Source: a virus (taxonomy: Duplodnaviria > Heunggongvirae > Uroviricota > Caudoviricetes). From it: a stretch of 64,000 nucleotides of DNA. Under the pieces are notes generated by a model. The model made no database searches. It was not told the origin of the DNA and saw only the letters and a list, made by a program, of their open reading frames with translations. The stretch lies in the IMG/VR virus record IMGVR_UViG_3300045597_000172; one strand, given 5' to 3'. Shown piece after piece: positions 27,737-36,000 of the stretch. The first letter of the stretch is position 1; the number at the start of each line of letters is the position of its first letter. Made by a program: the position numbers and the translations under genes.

Positions 27737-28012
27737 ATCTCAGTACGAGGCGCAAAGATTGACGCTAAAAACAAAGAAATTTGTTATATCTGATAACCGA
27801 TTGTGAATTGGTTCAACACCAATACAGAAGTTGGAGCTTAGAATCGGTTAACTTATAAAGTTTGAATCCTTATCGTACTATTTCATGCGTGCATTAACTT
27901 GCCAACCATAATTGGTTGCCGTCGCATAGAACTGCACCGACGTCAGTACAGCGTCGTAAAATAAATTAAGCAACACTCCTACAAGGAAATATTGTGCAGG
28001 TATTTCCATAAT

Positions 28013-28084
28013 TGTCCAATAGTTCAGTGGTAGAATATCTGACTGTTAATCAGAGGGTCGTAGGTTCGAATCCTACTTGGACAG
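28013..28084 (+). tRNA. tRNA-Asn (anticodon GTT)
   Basis: Acceptor tgtccaa/ttggaca. D-arm gttc-agtggta-gaat. Anticodon arm tctga-ctGTTaa-tcaga. T-arm gtagg-ttcgaat-cctac. Confidence 0.75.
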
Positions 28085-28303
28085 TAGATGCTACTAAACA
28101 AAGGCATTGCGCTAATTGCGAAAACCAAATAACATTGTTTACTAACGGTGTAACTAAGCTGGGCTAAATGCATCAAAACGATGCATAAATTATGAGATAT
28201 AAATTAAACGCTGGATTGCAACCAGTTGCTCATAATACCAATATTAAAAATGGTACCATTCTTAATATTAGTAGTTAGGTTCGATTCCTAAACGCTGTTA
28301 TTT

Positions 28304-28369
28304 CGTGATTGTAGCTCAAGACAAGAGTCATCGTTGTGACGAGATATTGGTGCAAATCCAATCAATCAC
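28304..28369 (+). ncRNA. degenerate tRNA-like element (66 nt) with T-loop UGCAAAU
   Basis: Acceptor gtgattg/caatcac (7/7). D-arm-like gctc-aagacaa-gagt. T-arm attgg-tgcaaat-ccaat. Anticodon arm truncated. Confidence 0.3.
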
Positions 28370-28405
28370 ATCATAAAATTCAAAATTGGAAAGGAAGATG
28401 TAAAA

Positions 28406-28669
28406 ATGGAATACCGAGTACCCGTTGCATATGGCTCATACGGAATTGTAAAAGTTAATGCTAAAAACAAGCAAGAACTAATCGAAAAATTATCATCTCA
28501 AGAGTTTATTGCTGAAATGCCATTACCTGACAATCCTGAATATCTCGATGACTCATTCGAAATCGATGTAGATGGTTTAGAATTTGAAGAACAACACGAC
28601 AAAAACGGAAACGCTGTCACCCTAGCATTATCTCATAACGAAATTAAAAAAATAAGAAATCCAGAATAA
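28406..28669 (+). CDS. hypothetical protein
   Basis: RBS ggaaaggaagatgtaaaa-ATG. 87 aa. Confidence 0.4.
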   Translation: MEYRVPVAYGSYGIVKVNAKNKQELIEKLSSQEFIAEMPLPDNPEYLDDSFEIDVDGLEFEEQHDKNGNAVTLALSHNEIKKIRNPE

Positions 28670-29138
28670 AACATTGTCCGCAACGACAATCAGCATTCAT
28701 TAAACTACGTGGTGGAGATGGCGTAGAGTAAAACTCACGTCCAAGAAAAAATACAACATGCTTACATAATGTTGTTGTAAAACAGATATTAAACAAAAAA
28801 TAAATTCAAAGGATGTGATGATCGTGCATAGAAGCCGTTTGCTTCACCGTCCGCGCGACGTTATGATTGAAAATATCAATTCATAAAAAAACAATGCTGC
28901 ATATACTATAAAACATAATTGGTGCGTGGGAAGTTGAAATACTTCTATATCGTTAGTTGCTAAAACCGGCTAATGACGAATTAGAATAGGCAAGTTCCGT
29001 TAAATGTACGCCAACCTAGATCTATGTACGTAAAAGCATAATTGATCGCATAGGAAAGACAGCCAATTTAACTTAAAAAGTCAGCACTAGACAAAAAGCC
29101 GTATCGAAGAACGCGTAATGACGTAATCATTACAAAAG

Positions 29139-29166
29139 TTGACAACCAAAGCCAACATGCTAACAT
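29139..29166 (+). promoter_or_regulatory. candidate sigma-A-type promoter upstream of tRNA-Asn (TTGACA-N16-TAACAT)
   Basis: -35 box ttgaca at 29139-29144, 16-nt spacer, -10 box taacat at 29161-29166. tRNA starts at 29184. Confidence 0.3.
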
Positions 29167-29183
29167 AACGTGTGTTAGTTCAT

Positions 29184-29255
29184 TGCTCAGTAGTTCAGTG
29201 GTAGAATAATTGACTGTTAATCAAGAGGTCGTAGGTTCGAATCCTACCTGAGCAG
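29184..29255 (+). tRNA. tRNA-Asn (anticodon GTT), third copy
   Basis: Acceptor tgctcag/ctgagca. D-arm gttc-agtggta-gaat. Anticodon arm attga-ctGTTaa-tcaag (A-G at the stem base). T-arm gtagg-ttcgaat-cctac. Confidence 0.7.
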
Positions 29256-29533
29256 TTTAAAAAACTATGGAAAGCAAACCATTTAAACTCGGTTATTGAT
29301 TACTGTAGGTCAACAATTTTGTACTATATGCATCAAAGACCCACCGTGCAAAATCCAGCACAAACGAGTCTGAGACATCATTTATTCCATTGATATGTTA
29401 GTCCAACTGACAATTCCGGAAACGGACTAAAATCCGTTGTAGATTAGAATCGTTATTGGATGAGATTACGAAACCGGTCCAATGAATAATGTATCAAGAT
29501 GGTAACAAGGAATAAATACATCAAACAGACGGT

Positions 29534-29605
29534 ACATCTGTAAGCTTACTGGTGAACTATTGGTCTCCAAAACCAAAATTGTTGGTTCGAATCCAACCAG
29601 ATGTA
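29534..29605 (+). tRNA. tRNA-Trp (anticodon CCA)
   Basis: Acceptor acatctg/cagatgt. Anticodon arm ttggt-ctCCAaa-accaa. T-arm gttgg-ttcgaat-ccaac. D-arm imperfect but same architecture as the second Trp gene at 44559. Confidence 0.6.
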
Positions 29606-29766
29606 TAAATCAAATGGTTATATCAATCGTTTGATTCTAGTACCAAAGTCAGCAATAGACTATAACAGCCGTAAAAATAGACGCATACTAACGTAATTAC
29701 TGTATAAAAATCAAACGAAGCATAGTAATTTGATGTGTTATTAAGGTGTAGGATAACATTTATTTC

Positions 29767-30092
29767 GGGCTTGTTTTGGATTCGACAGGGCATTAACGCT
29801 TTAATCTCGTCAACCAGTTAAATATAACTGCAAAAGAAAACACTTTAGTTGCTGCCTAGTTTAACCACTAAATAGCAACACCTCAACCCACTGGCAAAGC
29901 CGTGATAACCAGTGGTTTCAAACACGGATAAGTTAATTATGTTCCATTAACATAATTAATCGAAAACTAAAATGGTTAATGAATGTTTGTCATTAGCAAA
30001 ACTCATTATAAAAAAAATAATTAATGACTATGACGTAAGAATGATTACGGTAAGTGATGTCTTGGACGCGGGTTCGATCCCCGCCAAGTCCA
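29767..30092 (+). ncRNA. ssrA: tmRNA (SsrA), about 326 nt, predicted tag (A)AKENTLVAA
   Basis: 5' end GGGCUUGUUUUGGAUUCGACAGGG (tmRNA hallmark GGAUUCGACAGGG). 3' tRNA-like domain gcggg-ttcgatc-cccgc plus acceptor caagtcc pairing with 5' gggcttg, including a G3-U70 wobble (Ala identity element). Conserved UUAAAUAUAACU precedes resume codon GCA at 29830. Frame GCA AAA GAA AAC ACT TTA GTT GCT GCC TAG ends at 29859. Confidence 0.7.
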
Positions 30093-30284
30093 TAAATCAA
30101 AAAAAAATCGTCAAAAATATCTTGACCAAACTTATATGTTAACATATAAGAGTAGTAGGACCGCATACGCGGGATCCTGAGTACAACTTAGTCTAAAGAT
30201 ACCAAGTTGGAATCAAGCAGAGTCAGCTGCTAAGTCAGACAATTTGAACTACTAATTTTACGATATTTATTAATATCGTATTTC

Positions 30285-30363
30285 GGACTCGAAATCAACA
30301 ACCCTAGGAACGTTGATTCCATGAATAGCTGTTAGCCAGATGGTTTGAATCCATCCGAGTCCA
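30285..30363 (+). ncRNA. degenerate tRNA-like element (79 nt)
   Basis: Acceptor ggactcg/cgagtcc (7/7). T-arm gatgg-tttgaat-ccatc. Middle has a tcaac/gttga hairpin with a 12-nt loop but no anticodon arm. Confidence 0.3.
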
Positions 30364-30394
30364 TTGCACCAAATAAAATAAGAAAGCTGGAAAT

Positions 30395-30955
30395 ATGATG
30401 ACCGATAACATTAAAAAGATTCCACAAATTCCATTGTTACACGATATTCCCTTCAATCAAGAAGACAAAGATCTAATCGTTCAACTATCATTACAAGGTG
30501 TAATTGCATCACTCCACAATGACCCAAAATACGGTTTGTTTTTATCAATCAAGAAACCTATTCGCGGCATGTTGTCAGTACAAATTCTCATCGAAAAAGC
30601 AACTCATGGAAATCTCAAAAAAAGTATTCTTGATAGTTGCAAAAATGCACCTGAACAATTATCAAAAATGCGAGATGTGAAATATTTGGATAGTTTAATT
30701 AATAACATCGAAAACTTCCATTTCATTCGCAAATATGACGAACCTTATTTTAAAGAAAACATTCAGCCATTACTAAACAATCACGCTGAGACAGAAAAAA
30801 TAGATAATAAAATTAATCAATACGAATCTGACACTGGCAAAAAAATTGATCTTACCAAACCTGATTTTCAAAAACGTTTAAACGAAATCCGAAAGATACA
30901 ACGACGAAAAATTCATTTTCAATGTAATCTTATTCGCATTGCTAACAGTATCTAA
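30395..30955 (+). CDS. hypothetical protein
   Basis: RBS aagaaagctggaaat-ATG. 186 aa. Confidence 0.45.
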   Translation: MMTDNIKKIPQIPLLHDIPFNQEDKDLIVQLSLQGVIASLHNDPKYGLFLSIKKPIRGMLSVQILIEKATHGNLKKSILDSCKNAPEQLSKMRDVKYLDSLINNIENFHFIRKYDEPYFKENIQPLLNNHAETEKIDNKINQYESDTGKKIDLTKPDFQKRLNEIRKIQRRKIHFQCNLIRIANSI

Positions 30956-30986
30956 AATTAATCACGGTAATCTATTACCGTGTTAC

Positions 30987-31059
30987 GCAGTTTTAGCTCA
31001 GTAGGTAGAGCATCTGTCTTGTAAACAGAAGGTCACAAGTTCGAGCCTTGTAAACTGCA
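30987..31059 (+). tRNA. tRNA-Thr (anticodon TGT)
   Basis: Acceptor gcagttt/aaactgc. D-arm gctc-agtaggta-gagc. Anticodon arm tctgt-ctTGTaa-acaga. T-arm acaag-ttcgagc-cttgt. Confidence 0.75.
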
Positions 31060-31140
31060 TTGCGGTTAATCCGCAATCTAATTGTTTTCTTCAATAGTAA
31101 ATTATTCCTTTTCCGATATGGTAAATCCATATCGTTTTAT

Positions 31141-31227
31141 GGACAGTTGGCCGAGTCTGGTTTATGACGCTGGCTTTGAACACCAGTTGTGAGCAATCAC
31201 ACACAGGTTCGAATCCTGTACTGTCCG
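31141..31227 (+). tRNA. tRNA-Ser (anticodon TGA), class II
   Basis: Acceptor ggacagt/actgtcc. Anticodon arm ctggc-ttTGAac-accag. Long variable arm with tgtga/tcaca stem. T-arm acagg-ttcgaat-cctgt. Confidence 0.6.
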
Positions 31228-31242
31228 TCCAAATATCTTAAA

Positions 31243-31290
31243 TAGACCTACTCTAATTGAGTGGGCCTATTTTTTACGAAAGCGAAGCGA
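31243..31290 (+). terminator. rho-independent terminator closing the tRNA island
   Basis: atagacctactc-taatt-gagtgggcctat followed by ttttt. Confidence 0.55.
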
Positions 31291-31357
31291 TATCAATGTA
31301 AAAAAAAGTCAAGATCTACTTCAGAAAAAAAATAAAAAAATCGAGGAGTTATTACAC

Positions 31358-32812
31358 ATGTCAACATCTTTAATTATCACTGGAGTAATTGCATTTTTAA
31401 TTGTCATTTTAGCCGTAATAATTATTACAGCATACAAGAAAGTCGCACCTAACGAAGTTCTAATAGTCACTGGTGGTTTTTTAGCTGGACCCTATGTTCA
31501 AACAAATCCACAAACACACACCAAAGTTAAAGTTGTGACCGGCGGTGGTACCTTTGTCATCCCCATCGTGCAACAATCACACATCTATTCACTTGACACG
31601 TTTAACATCGATGTCAACGTAAATGAAATTATGACTAAAGATGCAATTCCAGTTGACGCCGCAGCAAACGCCGTATTACGACCTGCTTCTGAACCACAAT
31701 TACTAGCAGTTGCTGCACAAAAAATCTTTGGCTTAACTGAAGAAGAACGCCGTACTCAAATGGAACAAGTTGTCTTAGGCGGTGTTCGTGAAGTCCTTGC
31801 CGGACTAACACCAATGGAAGCTAATAATCGTTCAAACTTTGCTCACGAAATTGTTACTTCAATTAAACCAACATTCGACAATCTGGGACTGGAAATTACC
31901 GCACTTCAAATCACTAAACTAAGTGATACACATGGCTATTTCGAATCCGTATCTAAACCAAAGATTGTTGATGCCGTATCAGTCGCACGTCAACGTACTG
32001 CTGAAGCTGACAAACAAGCAACATTAGTCGAAGCCGCTAACAATCTTGAAGCTCAACAAGGTAAACTTGATGCTGAGAAAAAGATTGCATTAAGTGAAAA
32101 AGACGTCAAAATTGCTAAAGCACAATACCAAAAAGAAATTAACATCAATGATGAAATGGCCGCTCAAGCTGGTGTCATTACCAAAACAGAACAAGATGCC
32201 ATCATCAAAGAAAAACAAATTGCTGTAAACGAAAACGAATTGAAAGCAACTAAAATTGCACAACAAAAAGCAGAATCAGAAGCAAAAACAATTCAAGCAA
32301 ATAATGATGCTGCCATTATCAAAATTAACGCAAATGCTAACGCAGCAGCAATCAAAACTCAAGCTGAAGCCGAATCAGATAAAATTAATAAAATTGGGGT
32401 TGCCAACGCAGCTGCCAGTGCCGCTAAAATTCGTGAAACTGGTAAAGCTCAAGCCGAAGCACAAGAAAAAATTGCAAATGCGTTATCTAAACATGGCGAA
32501 AATGCAATTATCATGGAAATCATTAAGCAATTACCAATCATCAGTCAAGCTTATGCCGAATCAATCTCCAATATTGATAACTTAACTGTCTTTGATGGTG
32601 CAAAAGGCGTTACAAATCAGCTAGATGCCCAAATGATTCAATCAAGTGAACTTATCAAGAAAGCTACCGGTTTTGATCTTTTTGATTATCTTGGCAAACG
32701 AGGAAACGGTAAATCAGACGTTAACCTAAACCTTAACGATAACAGTAAAGAAGCTCTGACCGAAATAACAAAATCAAACAAATCCGAAACAAATACTAGT
32801 TCAAATAAATAA
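31358..32812 (+). CDS. flotillin-like SPFH/band-7 domain membrane protein (FloT/YuaG-like)
   Basis: N-terminal TM helix IITGVIAFLIVILAVIIITAY. SPFH-like core. About 250-aa Ala/Glu/Lys/Gln-rich coiled-coil with EA-type repeats (AEAESDKINKIGVANAAASAAKIRETGKAQAEAQEKIA) typical of flotillins. Confidence 0.6.
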   Translation: MSTSLIITGVIAFLIVILAVIIITAYKKVAPNEVLIVTGGFLAGPYVQTNPQTHTKVKVVTGGGTFVIPIVQQSHIYSLDTFNIDVNVNEIMTKDAIPVDAAANAVLRPASEPQLLAVAAQKIFGLTEEERRTQMEQVVLGGVREVLAGLTPMEANNRSNFAHEIVTSIKPTFDNLGLEITALQITKLSDTHGYFESVSKPKIVDAVSVARQRTAEADKQATLVEAANNLEAQQGKLDAEKKIALSEKDVKIAKAQYQKEININDEMAAQAGVITKTEQDAIIKEKQIAVNENELKATKIAQQKAESEAKTIQANNDAAIIKINANANAAAIKTQAEAESDKINKIGVANAAASAAKIRETGKAQAEAQEKIANALSKHGENAIIMEIIKQLPIISQAYAESISNIDNLTVFDGAKGVTNQLDAQMIQSSELIKKATGFDLFDYLGKRGNGKSDVNLNLNDNSKEALTEITKSNKSETNTSSNK

Positions 32813-32821
32813 TCAAACAAA

Positions 32822-32852
32822 AAACCTGAACTTATGTTCGGGTTTTATTTTA
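32822..32852 (+). terminator. rho-independent terminator
   Basis: aacctgaac-ttat-gttcgggtt followed by ttatttt. Confidence 0.55.
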
Positions 32853-33062
32853 CTATAACGAATACAAAAAAATATTTAAAAAATTATTAAAAATCGAGTA
32901 TACCAATATATAATTTTATTATATAATAAAAAGTGTGACAATGCTATTATCCAAGATTCCCACGAAAAAAGGAGTGATGCAAAATGAAAAACTTAAATTA
33001 TTACATTAAAAAAACAAAACGAACTAAAAATCGTTTTAACAAAGACAAAGGACGGATCATTA

Positions 33063-36000
33063 ATGAATAAAAAAATAATAGCGAAAAAAGTTTCAATTAC
33101 TATTCTAATTACAATCCTTGGATTAACAAACATGTCAGATGTTTTTTTATTAAAAAATAACATTATACACGCAGATCCTACCAATTGGACACAAACTGCA
33201 AACAACGTTAACGCAACAAACAAAAATCTTATAGACAATGCTGTAACAAATTCAAAAAAGACAGAAAATACAAATTTAATTCAGGATCAAACGCAAACAA
33301 TCGATGCAACATCCTCGAATTTAAATGACATTGAAAATCAAGTCAAAAATAGCAACAACAACATGATATCGGAAATAAACAGCGATACCGAAAAACAAAA
33401 AGCTATTAACGAAAAAAATGAACAAATTGAAAAAGACAACAATTCAAAAAAACAATCATATGAAGCAGCATTAACAAATTATAATAACGAATTAGCTGCA
33501 TATAAAAAAAATCTACAAGATCAAGGATTAAATGATGGTATTGATCCTTCCACATTCAATCAACAACTCCAATTTACTCAAGATGACAGAAACAATACAG
33601 AACCAAAAGTGAGTGTTCAATTGTTATCAGGTGCAGTTAATTACAAAAAATTAATAAGTAATGGATACGGAACTAGTAATTTTCCATGGTCAAATTCACA
33701 TGAAGCTGAACAGATATATGCAAAGAATTCAAACGCTAAATCTATTAACGGTGATTTTGCAAAAATCACATGGGATGGTGTATATGGATATTCATATAAT
33801 GGTATACAAATTAAAAAAATTGTAGAAACATTCAGTGACTGGAAATTAGCTGCTACTAAACATGTAAGTGGCCCTCGTGGAATAACCGTGTATCAAAATC
33901 CAAATGAAAATTTTTGGTATTTAAACGGATCCGACACGACAACAAACTATCAATTTTACGATGAAAACGGGAATTTAATAAATTTCGAACCAAATAACGC
34001 ATACGTCGCGGTAGGTAGTTTGGACAGAGCATATTACGCATACGATTTTGGAAGTCACACATACAACACCAATATCGTAGCCAACCAAATCGAAGAAGTT
34101 CAATTATTGTCAGCCGGAACCGGAATACAATTAACAAACAGTACTATTAGCAATCACGATGGCAACAATATGTTTTCTGATAAAGATAATGTACAAATCC
34201 AATATCAAAATGGTGGATTAACAGAATATGGTGCATTTAACGTTACAGGTGGAAATATTAAACTACATTACCACACAAATATGACAAACGAAGCACCAAA
34301 CGCATCAACATTAACTTCATTTGCAACTATATTTCCATTAAGCTCTGCGCCAAAGAAACCAACAAGTCCAACATACACACCAACAGATCCGACAGTGACA
34401 GATATTCATTATCATTACACAAACATAAATTTAAAATTAACAGTCACAACAAATTATCTTCAAAACAATGATTCAAAAAAACAAGAAGATGGCTCAAAAT
34501 TAGCTGACTCTACAACACAATCCGGAGATAGTAACTCAAACTATTCAACTAGTAAAAAAGATTTCACTGGTTGGCATCTAACTTCTACGCCAACAAATGC
34601 ATCCGGAACATTAACAAATTATGACGTGACAGTTAACTATATTTACGACCGTGATCCCGAAACTGTAAAAGTAAAATACGTAGATGAAGAAACCGGAAAT
34701 GATATTAGCAATCCAACAACATTAAATGGATATTACGGATTATCATATACATCATCTCCGAAATCAATTACTGGTTGGACCTTATCTAAAACACCAAATA
34801 ATACATCTGGAACATATTCAAAGAGTAATGCCGATATCATCTATCAATACAAGAGAAATACCGAAACAGTAACCGCAAATTATCTTGCCAATAATGATAT
34901 TAATAAAAATGAATTTGGACAAAAATTAGCGGATTCAGTAACACAAAAAGGTGGTTTCGGAACAAACTACACAACATCTGCAAAAGATATTTTAGGATGG
35001 CATTTACTTGGAATTCCAACCAATCAAAATGGAACCTACCAAGAAAGTAACCCCGACGTCAACTACATTTACGATCGTGATCCTGAAACGGTAACCGTAA
35101 AATATGTAGACACTAAAGGAAACACGTTAGCAAAAAGCAATACCTTAATTGGATACTACGGATTGGATTATCAAACATATCCTGCAAGTATTGATAACTA
35201 CCACCTAACTGCAATTCCTACAAATGCAACCGGTAAATATTCAAATGGTCCAATTACCGTAACTTACATTTATGACGTTGATCCCGACATCAAAGAAGGA
35301 CTTTCTAACGATGCAATAAACAGTAAAAATTACGATACTGCAATTTCTAACACATCACAAAACGTACAATACAATAATGTTTACCACTATGTTGATAAAA
35401 TCACAGTCGGTGGATCCATGAACCTTACCGATCTAAAAATCCAAACAAATCTACCAAGTGATGTTAATCCAATCGTTAACGGTGGCGACATCAATAATCA
35501 AAACATTAAAGTTTATGTTCGTGAAGATGATGGTTCATTAACAAATGTTACAAGTCAAGGAACACTTGCGTATCAAGTAAACAACAAAGATGTAACTAGC
35601 GATAATAACAAAAATGTCGCAATTGATACTGATAAAACAAGAACTCTGACATGGACACCAAAAACACCATCTGCATTCACTGGAAAACAAATCATTACTG
35701 ATATTCCAGTAAATCTTCAACCAGATGCTGCAAAACTAAAAAGTTATAAATCTGACAACGGTATTAATATCAAACACACCACTCAATTAATTGAATCAAA
35801 TGATTTACCAAGTTCTGGTGAAATAAAAACTGATACCACATCACAAAAAACGTATACCAGCAACAATACAACAATTCAATTACCAAACATCTATACGTTA
35901 AAATTTTACAAATCAGAATTTCAAACCAACGATACAATTAATGGAAAAGTTTGGTTGAAACTATATCCAAACCTTGTCGGACAAGAAGATACAGGTAATA

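Noticed and set aside
27742-27878. 137-nt region with 7-bp closing stem agtacga/tcgtact, an internal canonical T-arm (attgg-ttcaaca-ccaat) and an 8-bp inverted repeat aaccgatt/aatcggtt, considered as an intron-containing tRNA
   Set aside because: No D or anticodon arm could be folded and it is too short for a group I intron. Mentioned only as a possible member of the tRNA-like element family.
31061-31077. Hairpin ttgcgg-ttaat-ccgcaa right after tRNA-Thr considered as a terminator
   Set aside because: No downstream T-tract. The true terminator for the island appears at 31243..31290.
32256-32585. 109-aa Lys/Gln-rich ORF nested in the flotillin-like gene
   Set aside because: Alternative-frame artefact of the repetitive coiled-coil coding region. 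Fully contained in 31358..32812.
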